From: Octopus bimaculoides
Lineage: Eukaryota
Reading direction: 5' to 3'
NCBI RefSeq assembly: GCF_001194135.2
Contig: NC_068984.1
Location: 65,944,306 to 66,008,305, forward strand
Length of the DNA: 64,000 nucleotides
Shown one piece after another: positions 11,687 to 24,879 of this stretch (positions within the stretch are counted from its first letter, which is position 1; every line of letters begins with the position of its first letter). The notes under the pieces were generated by a model. That model saw nothing but the letters and a program-made list of their open reading frames with translations. It was not told where the DNA came from and did no database searches. The position numbers and the translations under genes are program-made.

Positions 11687-12661
11687 TAGATAGTTCTGAT
11701 GATAGTGAGTTTTCAGTGGCCAGAAGGGAAAGGAAATCTATAGAGATGAAATCAGTGTATAACAATTTATGACAGTAACAGTAATTAATAGAAATATACT
11801 CAACTTGCTTTCTGCTAGTAATTCTTTTTGTTTATGAGTGTATTAAAATTTTCTAAAAACATGTGGAAACATTATTTTATGATTTACTTTTGCAAAGATT
11901 TAAACTGTCAGATTTTGCTGTTAATATAAGCAGATTGTGTCTTAATCTTTGATACTGTTACTGAACCTAAATAGATTTTGTTCGTAATCAGTATAATATT
12001 TTAGTGTTAGGACAGTTCAATAACGAAGAGAAAATGTGGATTATTTTGATTTATGGCAAAATCAAGTAATGACAAGGACAGTTGCTCTATTTCCAGCTTT
12101 TTGTAACTGGGATTATGCTATACTAAGCTTTCATATAATGAAAATTGAGAAGATGTGTATTCTTTTTAAAGGCAGAAAGCAATATGAATTATAAATATAT
12201 AAAAATACGAAATAAAACTAAGTTAAACAAAATGTTGTATAAAAAATAGTCTAAAGTAATCTCAAAGTGTTAATAAACCCAAATATTAGAAACTTGAATA
12301 AACAGCATTTTGAAAAGGCATAATGCAAGAGTTTATCTATAACATTAAACAAAGTTTGTAATTGTGTATTACCATTCTTAAAATAGTTGGGTTTGCCGTC
12401 CAACAACAGGGCCAGTGATAATTCAACTCCCAACAAATATTAACACTTTGGAAAACTTGAGTTCAGGAGAGGCCCACATGGAATGTTACTCCAACAACTA
12501 AAATGGTGCTGCTCAGACTGACATTCTAGGTCACACCTAAAAAGCAGACCAGACAAATGACTGGCATAAAGTCACTCAGAACATGCCCCAGCTCCCCACC
12601 CATATATGTGTTGCTTCTTCTACAACAACTATAATGGCCTTTGCTTCTCAGAGTTAATGTC

Positions 12662-12790
12662 TTCTTCACTCAGGCATTCTCAACGCAGACATTCTCACTT
12701 AGGCATTCTCAACCCAGGCATTTTCACTTAGGCATTCTCACTCAGACGTTCTCACTCAGGCATTCTCAACTCACAGGTGTTTCTCAACCT
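12662..12790. repeat. Minisatellite, 14-15-bp unit TTCTCA(A)CTCAGGCA, about 8 copies
   Basis: Direct reading. Followed by an exact 22-bp tandem duplication at 12819-12862. Confidence 0.9.
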
Positions 12791-14860
12791 CATCTCCTCA
12801 CATTATCTTTTTCTCATTCAGTTTTTCATTCCTAGGATATCAGTTTTTCATTCCTAGGATATCAGTCAACTGAAGTTTCTTCCCTTTCATATCTTTTCTT
12901 CAAGTGTTCACAAGCAAAAGAAACTAGTCTAGAAGGACTTGAAATGGCTGTGGACAATGCCCCTTTGTTCAGACCCAGCAAATAAAAATAAATATAAACA
13001 GACATATTACTGCACTCACCCCAAATTTAAATATAAAAACAAGTTTGTATGCTTTAAATGAACTAATGGAATGAATAGACTAAACAAAGGATTTTGATGG
13101 AATAGATTACTATTTATTTTTGGACATAAACAGAAAAGGTAATGACTTTTTTTTTTTTTTTGCAGAAAACATTCATTAATCTTCTTTTCTCAGTGTATAT
13201 AAATATTCTCATTTGCTCATAATTCATATAATTTTGTTTTTAAATTTTGTGCCATTTTGCACAAGTAGCTTATTCAAATTAATTTCCTACAGGAATTTAT
13301 CATGCTGAAAATTGAAATCAAAGACTGAGCATTTCAAGACTATTCATTATTATCAGCCATTAATAATAACAAGAAACAACCTAAGTTGAGATGGGACAAA
13401 AGTAGAGTGTAGACAATTTCATAATAATTCTGTTTGTCACTGCATTACTTAGCCCGTTGGTAATGCTTTCATGTGATTAGAGAAAAAGAGGAGAACAGAA
13501 AGAGGGAGAGAGTGAAAGAAGGGAGGGAGAAAAAGTGAGAGAGGAAAGCATCCATGACATGAGGTAGAAGGAATGTAATTGTAACACTTTCACACGATTA
13601 GTTAAAGGGAGAGAGAGGAGAAACAAAAAGAAGAGAGCAAAAGAGAATAAGGCAAAGAGTGCAACAGAAAGAGGGAGAAAGAAGAAAGAGCTAGAAGCAT
13701 CCATGATGTGTGGTAGGGGGAATGTAATAATTTTAGCAGAGGGGTGATGTTCTGATGCTGAGGTTAAAGGCAGAGAGAGAGAGACAGACAGACAGATAAT
13801 GAGGAGAGATGGGAATTGAGATGATGGAGGTGGTGGTGATGACTGAATAGTGAAAAGTGTATTTTTTAAAATTGAATTAAGTTTTTTATATCGCCTATCA
13901 CTTAATGCATGCACATAAGTGCAATTCAATGAAATATACTCACTTATATATGTGGCAGATATTTAACTAAAGTTTGTATCATATATATGGGATATTTTTT
14001 GTATATGGGGGAAATGGAGAAATAAGAGTGAATATGTATTTTATGAGTGCAATATATTAAGTCTATAAAATTGTGCGTAAAGTATATAAAGTGTATATAT
14101 ATATATAAAGTGCATTAAGTAATATTCGTATTCCAATTTCTTTCACTTTTCAATGAGTAGCAGATGAGTGGCTGTCTTTCCATACAGACGCAACACAGGA
14201 TACACTTTCAGGTTTTTGGGATAAAGTTTCCAAAAATAATCCAATAGGTTTCCCATTAATTCTGAGAAATATTCATGGATCCCATTAGTTTATACTTGTA
14301 GTGCTAATAAATATACTGAAGACATGGAATATATTTTTTATCACAATATTTCATTCATCTTCTTTATCTATTCTCTCATGCAAACATCATACCCAAACAT
14401 TCTACACCCACTATCATTGTTATCCTTATTTTGATTAAAGTTAAGTTGATGAAACACAACATATTAAAGATCCTAAACTCAGAAAAACCAGAGCAATGAA
14501 CTAATTAAAATATTTCAATATTGAAGGAAAATACATGAATGTTTAAAAAAATCATATGATATGTTGGTTGCTTAATTGCTAAAAAGAGAGTCTATGATAT
14601 CTCAAATAAATGAATATATTCAGTCTGAGTAAACAACTAAAACTATTTAATCAATTTTTTATTTGCATTAACTGTCAGCATAGATTTGTCTTTTTCATGA
14701 TAAAGGCATTTTGTTTACAAATAATATCCTCAGTTGTTATACAGACCAAAGAGAAAAAAAAAAACTACCTTCTTAACTCTAAAGCACTTAAATTATGTTT
14801 AGAAGCATCTCAAAATGCAATGTAATTGATGTTCATTATATATTTTGAATTGTTAATCTC

Positions 14861-15246
14861 TTACTCTTTTACTTGTTTCAGTCATTTGACTGTGGCCATG
14901 CTGGAGCACCGCCTTTTGTCGCGCAAATCAACCCCAGGACTTATTCTTTGGAAGCCTAGTACTTATTCTATCGGATCTCTTTTGCCGAACCACTAAGTTA
15001 CGAGGATGCAAACACACTAGCATCGGTTGTCAAGCGATGTTGGGGGGGGACAAACACAGACACACAAATGTATATATATACACATATACGATGGACTTCT
15101 TTCAGTTTCCGTCTACCAAATCCACTCACAAGGCTTTGGTCGGCCCGAGGCTATAGTTGAAGATACTTGCCCAAGGTGTCACACAGTGGGACTGAACCCA
15201 GAACCATGTGGTTGGTAAGCAAGCTATTTACCACACAGCCACTCCT
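14861..15246 (-). mobile_element. tRNA-derived SINE, family B, near full length
   Basis: Reverse complement reads AGGAGTGGCTGTGTGG (A box)...GGGTTCAGTCCC (B box)...CCTTGGGCAAG (CORE-like)...TA-rich middle...CCAGCATGGCCACAGTCAAATGACTGAAACAAGTAAAAGAG. Confidence 0.92.
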
Positions 15247-15443
15247 AGAGAAGAAATCAGAAAAAGTTGTTTCATCACATTACTTGTATTCACTTAGGGC
15301 AATATTTCTCCATAGCCAGAGATCTTTCCATAGAATACTGGAAACAACAAACAGAAAAAAAACCTCTGTTCATATACGATGATGCTTGTTTACCACTATC
15401 TTGTGATGTCAAATGAAGGAGTCACAAACAGAGCCATGCACAC

Positions 15444-15590
15444 TTTCAGTTTCCCTCCACCAAATCTACTCACAAGGCTTTTGTCAGCTCAAAGTTATAG
15501 TAGAAAAGTGCTACCTAAGATACCATAAAGTTGAGCTGAACCTGAAACCACGTGGTTGAGAAATGACCTTCTTAACCTAACAACTACATG
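15444..15590 (-). mobile_element. Degenerate 5' half of a family B SINE
   Basis: TTTCAGTTTCC..ACCAAATCTACTCACAAGGCTTT..TATAGTAGAA..CTGAACCTGAAACCACGTGGTT matches 15110-15215. Confidence 0.65.
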
Positions 15591-15619
15591 GAAAAATTCC
15601 CAGGATAACTACAACTAAA

Positions 15620-15885
15620 GACAAGCTAACATTCAATGAACATTGCTCAAGAAGCAGAGATGAATTAATCCACTAAGTGCTATTATGGGAACCAACACAA
15701 TCAAAATGAAAGCAAGGAAGATTTGCAGCAACATACACTGGGCTGTTAGAATGTGACACTTTTATCCGATGTGAACTTGTGCTAGCTGCAGTAGGAGACA
15801 AGGATTAATGAAAGCTCACTGTTAATGAAGCCCAGTCAAAATTGGTTTGTTGTTGTTGTTGTTGTTGGTGGTGGTGGTGATGGTG
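15620..15885 (+). mobile_element. Decayed RTE-clade LINE ORF C-terminus with (GTT)n/(GGT)n tail
   Basis: The frame from 15620 reads DKLTFNEHCSRSRDELIH*VLLWEPTQSK*KQGRFAATYTGLLECDT. This resembles the post-RT 'GH..R...VLLWEP..G.R..GRP..TY' region of RTE LINEs. Confidence 0.7.
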
Positions 15886-17043
15886 ACTACAACAAAAGCA
15901 ATGGCAACAACAATGAAGAGGGTGAATTTAGACTATAAATCAAGAAAACTGGAAATTTTTATGCACAATTTACTTTTTACAGTTTTGTCCTTTTGTTGGA
16001 ATATTTAGCAAAGAAGTAGACCATTTATTTCCCAGTTGCATACAAAATAAGACTTTTGACCCTAACATACTGGAAAAAAGGAAACATTAAGAGTTGGTAA
16101 AAAGAATACTTAATGAAATATAAAATGAAGTATACGACAGCTTCTGTATTTCAATATATATGGCAAAACAAGAAAAATTAGCATAACTTCTAGTTAATAA
16201 GCAAATGCTATATTGTATTAAATTGAAAAAGATAAATAGACAAGTTAATAAAGATAAAAAAAAACTAGTTTAACCCTCTTGGCATGAATTCTTAAGAGTC
16301 TTTCTTACTATATATATTAATATAGATCATTTTTGTTTAGTGATTATGCATCTCTCAAAATTGGCAGCATGGTTTTGTTTCATTTTTTGGTTGCAAGAAT
16401 ACATTGTATACATCATTATTTTTTAATGCAACTGCAGTGCCTCCAGGATTTAATAATGATATGTTAATTATTAATTTATATCTAAAACAAATCTCTGCAA
16501 TCCTAAGTAAATTAATATATTCCATTTTAGTAAAAAAGAAAAAAAAAAGAAAAAATTTAACTGACAAATAAATGTATGCTGACAAATGTCCATTAACATA
16601 TATTTGTATTTTTCCCCATAATGGCATTTTGCTTGCAAATAATATCTTCAATCATTACATACAGATAAAGGTGTACATTCTTAACTAAAACAGCATTTAA
16701 ATTATGTTTCAAAGCATCGCGGAACTCAACATAATTGATAAAGTTATTTCTGAAAATTTGCTAGTAAATTGTTGTTTATGCATTAACTAGTGAATATAAT
16801 TGTCACCTCAGAGATCAGGTTGAGTGACTACTTCTCTGCATTGAGAGATTTTACATCACCAGTACTACGGACATCAATGATGGTTACTTCTGTAAAACCC
16901 TATGGAGGAGGAGCTGGAGTAATCTACCCCCTTGACCCTCTTATGAACAGTGAGCAGAAAAAATGGATGGATGCAAATTTTAAATAGACACAATTATACG
17001 ATATAATTGTCCTGAACTACTCAAATAAAGGGACATTTATTAA

Positions 17044-17247
17044 CCCTTTACCATTCAAACTAGCCATACCTAGCCCAAATATTCTACTTGTTCTATGTTC
17101 AAACCTGTCAGATCTGGCTGCTTACACCTACCCTAGAATGTCATTTTAAAAATGAACAGTCGCATCAAAATTTTGAAGTTATGAAATAATGCATGATTAA
17201 TTTAAAACATATTGCATTCACTTATTTGACAAAATAATCTGAAAGGG
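17044..17247. mobile_element. MITE with TTAA target duplication and CCCTTT...AAAGGG ends (piggyBac-type)
   Basis: TTAA(17040-17043)|CCCTTT ... AAAGGG|TTAA(17248-17251). No ORF. Confidence 0.65.
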
Positions 17248-17637
17248 TTAAATACACTGAGTGAATACATGGAAGTCATATAATTAGAAAAAATAGTTTA
17301 GGCAAATAATTAAAGGCAGCATGCTCCTCTGATTGAGTTGGATTGCATTTAGAAGCAATAAGTAATTTTTTTTCATGTCAAATGGTTTATCAATCAGTAC
17401 AACATACTATACATGAAAGGAACTAAACAATGCCAACAAAGTATGGCTAAAAAAATTCCATATTTTAACATAAACTGGTGTGCATTCCATACCATTAAGG
17501 GTATCTGAGTTAGAAAATCATGTCTTCATAGAGCTAAAATATTAATAATGTGACTTTGTTACTTTCAGGTCTGTCTACTACTTCACAGATGAGTAGCATC
17601 TTATTCCATTGGGCTACCATCAAAATTCTTTTGGCTT

Positions 17638-17746
17638 ATATATGGATGTACATGCACATGTATATATACATATGCACATTTATACATACATATACACACA
17701 CATATATATATACTTATAAATGTATATAGTGTGTATTTATACATAC

Positions 17747-17777
<31 letters not shown>

Positions 17778-18102
17778 CACATACATATATACAGACACAT
17801 TTACATATAGATATATACATAAATACATACGCATATATGTATGAGTGTGTCTATATAAAAGTGTCTGTATATGTATTTATAAAAGTGCATACATATATCA
17901 ATATATATACACACAGACATGTATGTGATATATTATATACACACACATTACACAGATATATAAAAGGTGACAGAGAAAAGATATTACGCAGGGTAGACAG
18001 ACTGATAGGCAGATTGGTACACACATGATTGTCTGCCTATTGATACAACTACATACATCTTTCTGTCTATGTTTGACAGTTTTTCAACATTTCTATGAAT
18101 TA

Positions 18103-18148
<46 letters not shown>
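17638..18148. repeat. Mosaic TA/CA/TG low-complexity tract ending in (TA)n
   Basis: Direct reading. Explains the Y/I/C/V-rich ORFs here. Confidence 0.9.
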
Positions 18149-18150
<2 letters not shown>

Positions 18151-19147
18151 GTCTCTGTTTCTGTCTATGTATATGCATTTACTTTGTATTGGGTAGAATT
18201 GAAAATTAGCTGTTGGTGTCAGTTGGTTCAAATTCTTTTGACACAATTCTAGGACATTAAGCAATACTGATTTACTCAGGTTCTAAAATAAGAAAGTTAT
18301 ATAACTCACACACACACACACACATTGACTAAATCGTCTTGCGCTATGTTAAAGCTAGATCTCATTCATGTCAGACATATCTTTTGAATTTCCTAAATTT
18401 TATATCTAGAATGATGGGAAATATGATTCATGCACTGACATCTTCCGTGACAAGAATACTATATATGTATGCACATATGTATATACACACGTGTGTGTGT
18501 GTGTGTGTGTGTGTGTCTGTGTCTGTGTATTTGTGCATTCGAGAAATGGAAACCTCTTCAAGTCAAGTCTTCAGATAAAGAATTTCAGAATGTGGACGAC
18601 ATCCTTTTTTTATACACAAGTTTACAGTTGCTGATTACCCACAAAAGGAAAGATGAAACTGATTTTTGGTACAGAATATGTTTGTGTTTTGTCATGAAGG
18701 AAATATTTAATCTCTATTTAGCTGTTTTATATCTGTGGCATAATATTTTTTATATTTTTAATACATTTATATTTTACCTCCCCAAGTATTGCTGATGGTG
18801 GTGACATTTCCTAACCTAACTTGTCACCTACTACTGATGTTGATAGCAATATCAGTAATAAATCTCTACATTCCTTCTTCAATGCATCTAATAAATCCTA
18901 TGATATTAAAGGCATCTATCTCATTAACCTTTCAGTAGCAGATTATACATTGTCTTATGTAGATAAGAAAATAGAGAGAATATTTTTGACAAATTAATAA
19001 GAATCTAAAGAAACTTAGTTTCAAGTGCAATACAACAGGATACAATATGATGAGAGCCCAGAAGCTTGGTATTATCGATATAAACAAACTGTAGAAGTTG
19101 GTAAAATGTATTAAAAGTAAAGAAATAGTATCTTTCCCTAAAGTTGC

Positions 19148-19208
19148 ATTTAGTGCAGAATAGCTTTGTACAGTTTGCCAAGCTGTACATAGCTATTTTG
19201 CACTAAAT
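19148..19208 (+). ncRNA. Candidate pre-miRNA-like or dsRNA hairpin
   Basis: 29-bp stem with 26 Watson-Crick pairs, 2 G-U pairs and 1 U-U mismatch, and a 3-nt GCC loop. No known miRNA recognised. Confidence 0.35.
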
Positions 19209-22200
19209 ATCCAGTCTATGTAATTGCATATCAATAGCAAAAGAGAGGTAACACTACAGGAACACACACACACACACGAAAAAAAAAATCACCAGTTCCT
19301 TGAATGCCCATGAGCGTTATGTATAGCATTCTCCAACCAAGAAGTTATCCTGGAAACAACTCCCATTCCACCAACAATTGTACACCATACAAATTCCAGT
19401 GAGCCAAATTAAAACTTTGAGCACTGATTTCATATATAATTTCCACCAGCATAAGAAAATGACATTGGAAAATCATATATTAAAATTTGACAGTAAACAA
19501 ATTTCGAGGAGAAGGGTTGCTACAACCAGTTACAGTGTCGCCGAGTGCTGCAGTAGCTTGTACAATACAAATGTATGCAAAAATGTCAATGTAATTATTT
19601 AAGCAAAGAAATCCAGGATATTGAGTAAATTGTATAGTGAGAAAATGAGAAGAAATTTCAAATAATGTGATAATAAAACGAACAATGAATATCTCATGGA
19701 TGCAATTCTATTTTGAGAAAGTTTAGGTAGTATCCAATAAAGTATTAGCATCATATAATTTTATCCTTGATTTTTGATAAACACATCCTATTTTGTTAAA
19801 AAAATTAATATACTTTAAATGTTCTTAAATTAAGTGATGTATATTTCTGTAGTAATATTTATACTATCATTAACTGCATTAGGCTAATTTACAATTTTCC
19901 TGTTTAAATCTAAGTCATAAATTGTCTTTCGTTTCATACCCAATTTCCATTGGAAGTGATAAAGGGAACAGAAGTAACACTTAATCTCTTGTATACACTT
20001 GTCTTCAAATTAACTGATACTACTATATATAAAATATATATATATATANNNNNNNNNNNNNNNNNNNNNNNNNNNNNNNNNNNNNNNNNNNNNNNNNNNN
20101 NNNNNNNNNNNNNNNNNNNNNNNNNNNNNNNNNNNNNNNNNNNNNNNNNNNNNNNNNNNNNNNNNNNNNNNNNNNNNNNNNNNNNNNNNNNNNNNNNNNN
20201 NNNNNNNNNNNNNNNNNNNNNNNNNNNACGTGTGTGTTTTGTGTTATATGTGTGGTACTGAATGCAGCACATCATGACAGATTTAATCTAAGGTATAATA
20301 TCAAAAAGTGCTCAACAAATATTCCCCACACCTATGCACATTAGTTAATTGAAATTCTTTTTACTATAAATCAATTTTCATTTAAAAATTTCCATCAAAT
20401 ACTAACTACTCCCTTCACATATACTGATGCATGCATATTCACAAACCTAAACTCATATTCGATACACAATATTAATTTGCTTCAGGTGATCACCTAACTA
20501 GTCAGTGAGACTGACTTTAAAGATTATTTCCTTTGTAAGTTTAGAGATTTTAGTCATCCTGAATAACTTACTTCCCCTCAATGGATTGTTTTATATTATT
20601 ACAGATAAAATAGTGTAACATGGCCGGAAATAATCAATTTTAAAATTAATCTGAAACCGGAAATACAACTTATCAATTTCTTCAATGATATTCCACAATG
20701 GAAATTCAAAACATCTTTGTTTTTCAACTGTTAACAAAACCAAAGCAAAGAAAATAGTATACGAATTTGAGTATATTTTTATAAAGGATAGAATAAATGG
20801 AAGTGTGTAACTCAATATAAATATAACTATAAAATAAAAAACCTCTAAAGATTCTAATACTGTTGATATATGTATGTGCATCTCTGTATGTGCATCTCNN
20901 NNNNNNNNTATATATATATATAAGTCCATTTTTATTGGATATATGAGTATAAATATATCACTGAATACATATATCTATCAGAAATTTATTCAATTCATGC
21001 TTAGGTACTTTGAACACTAACAAGTCCATTGATGACAATTTAAGAGAATAACTTCAAAGATTATTACTCCTGCGTCTCTGTTTTCACCTCAGAATAACAT
21101 CCTTTTTTCCAGCTTTATAATTTTTCATTTCAAATTCCACCGTTTCAAATTTATTTCCTTTGTTGCATATTTGCATGCATACATGTATAAACAATTATAT
21201 ATTCAAACCAAATCAATATGCTTAATATACAAATGTGCATCCAGTGGTATTCCTTTAAGAAAGAACAATTAAATTCAAGCTGAATGGTTTTCAAATTTCA
21301 TGTTGTTAACTTTTGTTACTCACATCAAATGATTATTAAACTGTTTCACACCAAAATCATATATATATTTATGCTTAAATATCATTAGAAACATTTCAAT
21401 TCATCACAAAGCATCAAAGCTTAAATATATTTTACCATCTTGCACGTAGTAAATCCTGCAAGCCCTTGAATAGTAATGAGTACCTCAAATGATTGATTTT
21501 ATGCATGGTATCTAAAGTAAATAAAAGGAGGCTGCACATTGCCAATCTAAGAAAGCTGAACTCAGTGATGCAAACTAACTGATGCATACTTTAGTGCTCT
21601 CCTCCTATCTGATAATTTTATAGCTAATAGACTGACCTGTTTCAAAGTGAAGAGAAACTTAATGTACAACTAACAGACATGAAGCAAAAACAGTCAACTC
21701 TTTGCTGACTGTGAACTATATTAAGTACCTTAAAATATCAGTCAAGTATCCTCATTTCATAATATGTAAGCCAATTCACCCTATTGCAAAGATGGCTTAT
21801 ACAAAACACAATAAACACATTTTTAAGGAAGTAGAAACACAAATTCTACAGTAAAATTATCATATGCTCAAAAGTATAATAACTTGGAATTTTGATTGTC
21901 TGAAACGGACTCAAGTTAAGGACTCAATGTCAAATAAATTAGTTCATTGACCAACAAATGCAAATTAAAAATATTTTTCCCTGATGTTTTAATTAATCAA
22001 AGAATCTACTGTAGATGCTGAACAGGTTATCATTTTGATGTCAACATTGATGGCAATGAGGACGAGAGCAAACTATAAAGAAAAATATTTCAGTCTACAA
22101 TTTACAACAAAAAAAACAAAAAATCATTTCATAACAGCATGGAATACAACAAATAACCCCAATACCAGGAAATATAGAAAGAGATAGGAATTTGGGCAAA

Positions 22201-23419
22201 TATCATTGCTCGACCTATGTTTGAAAACTTACAACTGTACTTGAAGAATATAGATGATTACATCCAAATTGATCGTTTAGATAATGCAGTAAAACCTTTT
22301 CAATCAATTTGATAGAAAGAATTATAAATAATTGGCCAATAATTTTAGGCATAATTTTAGCATCAAAATTTGCCTTTTAAATTGAACACCATATGAATGA
22401 TGTGGCTCATAGGCGTTTTGCAAATGAATAAAAATTACACTGAACAAACTCTGCATTACATTTGATGGAAACTTGCTGCTCAATTAGATACTAATGCAAA
22501 ATAATTTGTACAAAGACTTCTCAATTATGCTTTTAATGAGAAACTTATTGTAATTATTGAGAATATAATTGTTTGTGAGGGACAGAAAATACACAACATT
22601 TTTTACTGTCTTGACTGATAGATACATTTAAGTGAACTTTTTCATGTGTCTGTTGCTCATAAATGACAATAAAATGAACGTTCTCATTTTAAGCCAAACA
22701 TCTCTTGAAAAATCTAAAATTAACAATAGTCATTAAATGCTTTGTAAAATTCTAATTACTGTATTAAATTTATATGATCTAATATTATATAAATTTAAAA
22801 GCACAGACCCTTACTATAAACACCTTAAGTAATACAATAATGGGCTTGAAACAAAGTATTTTTCATTTTTGCTTTTTTAATTAATCATCTGTTAGTAACA
22901 CAGGCAAATTTATCTGTGGGAAATGATGGATTAAAAAGCCAAATTACTTCCAAGCTCAGTTGTCGGTTGTATTTTACAATTTTCACAAAAGCAAATTAGT
23001 TTCCATGATCTACTTGAAAGAAAAAAGTTCTACCAATCTTATATCATACTCAAGTGGTTAGCAACAAAAAAGGTTTTCATGTGACTTACCATTCAAAAAT
23101 AGTACTCATACTAGTACCTCAACTAATAAAATCACTAATTAGAAATTCTTGTAATAGGGCACAAAACAGCATTTAACAAAGCCAGTATTAGAAAAAGTAC
23201 TGGGATAATAGAAATAATATCAGTTAAATCTGCTCAACTACATTATATAAAAAGGACTCCAGAACATAAAAATAAATGTATTTGATTATCTTATCTCAGA
23301 AATACAACACATTCAGGTTACCATCTGACAAAAGTCAAATCTTACTGCTGCTTGGAAAACTCCAGAGAAGTAGCAGTTAACAGCAACTGTAAGCTAAATG
23401 ATCTTATCAAAAGGAAGAT

Positions 23420-23790
23420 GCTCTGAATGAATAGAATCCAGACTAAGAACAGGGTGGAATAAGTTCAGGGAGCTATTACCTCTGTCAAAATAGATTCTCT
23501 CTTCATGTAAAGGCTAGATAGTATGATGTTTGTATATGAATTACAATACATGGTAGTGAAACTAGGCAGCGAATGCAGAGGATGAATAAAGTTTGGAAAG
23601 AAATGAAGCAAGCACTACCACTGGATGTGTGATTTTAATGTGCATGAGCAAGAGATGCGGCAGAAATGAACTTGAGAGAAAAATTGGGCCTGAGAGGAAT
23701 CACATGTAGTGCATAAGAGACAACCATGACATGCAATATATATGGATGATAATATCTAGATAAGAATGTGCCAGAAGATCCATATCGAAG
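23420..23790 (+). mobile_element. Decayed RTE LINE ORF fragment
   Basis: Peptides RLRTGWNKFRELLPL (23440-23484), HGSET (23549-23563), LERNEAS (23593-23613) and LREKLGLRGITCS (23672-23710), separated by frameshifts and stops. Confidence 0.85.
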
Positions 23791-23860
23791 GAAAATACTT
23801 GGGAGATTATTTCAAGATGCTAAACCTCTCAAAGGAGGTTTTAAAATTCACACCCAAAAC

Positions 23861-23972
23861 CATTATCACCATCATCATTTAATATCCGTCTACCATACTG
23901 GCATGGATTGGATGATTTAACAAGTACTCTAGTGTCTTCTTTGTCATGGTTTTTATGGCTGGGTGCCCTGCC
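23861..23972 (-). mobile_element. Degenerate RTE-type 3' end (family C-related)
   Basis: CATCATCATTTAATATCCGTCTACCATACTGGCATGGATTGGA...GGCTGGGTGCCCT. Confidence 0.65.
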
Positions 23973-24729
23973 TCAGCTGTCTAATCCACGAAAATGATAG
24001 AAATAATGATTTGTTAATTGAATTATGAATTTTGTAATAATGGCTGGCCACCCACTTATTAACCACACCTTAGCATATTCCATCTTGAAAATAGCTTATC
24101 TGTATAATAGTTATAAAGAACTAGATCCAATTTAGACTTCAGTTAAATATGTTGGACTTTAAAGGAATAATTTCATATAGTATTAAAATTAGCACTTTAA
24201 AATCCTGCTGATTGGGTTTTTTAATCTTGAAAGCCCTTTAGCATTTCTCTGTATATGAAATATGTTATAAGAAATGTGTCCAACATGTAATGATACAATG
24301 AACTATACAGATAAAAGTGAGCTGCAGATACAAGAAAGAAAGAAGTTAAAATGGATTCATTCAATTTGCAAATATGAGTTTGTGAAATGGATTGAGTATT
24401 TACAGGCTGAAGAATAATTAAATCTGAAAAACATTGTTTTGGGACTATAGCCAAAAGTGATAGGTGCCTGCTCTGAGATAGACATGTAATATAAATAAAT
24501 TATAAACAGTTAATAAGAGTATCAGATATGGTGTCTGTGAGTATCAAACATGAATAATCTTGCAAAAGTTTTACTCTTTTACAGCTGCATTATTATTTAT
24601 AACTTCACTAATATTGCAGCTCAATAAAAAATTTTTCTGAAAACAATCAGCTCAATTGGAAATTCGTTGTAACATTATAATTTACCTTGATACATATATC
24701 ATTCTGTGCTAACAGCTAGTAAAATAAAC

Positions 24730-24879
24730 CAATTGTAGCATAGAAGGTGTTTATAAGGCATTTAAGAAACACTAAAACTGTTAGATTCACTTCAACATTT
24801 AAATTTAATTTGCGAAAATATTTTCGTTGCTTTGAGACTGCGACCTGTTCACTGACAAAATTCCATGCTGCATGGAATT

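Noticed and set aside
18914-18943. Peptide IYLINLSVAD resembling a class A GPCR TM2 motif
   Set aside because: There is no upstream hydrophobic TM1, an in-frame stop lies about 30 codons upstream, and no further TM segments follow. Treated as coincidence.
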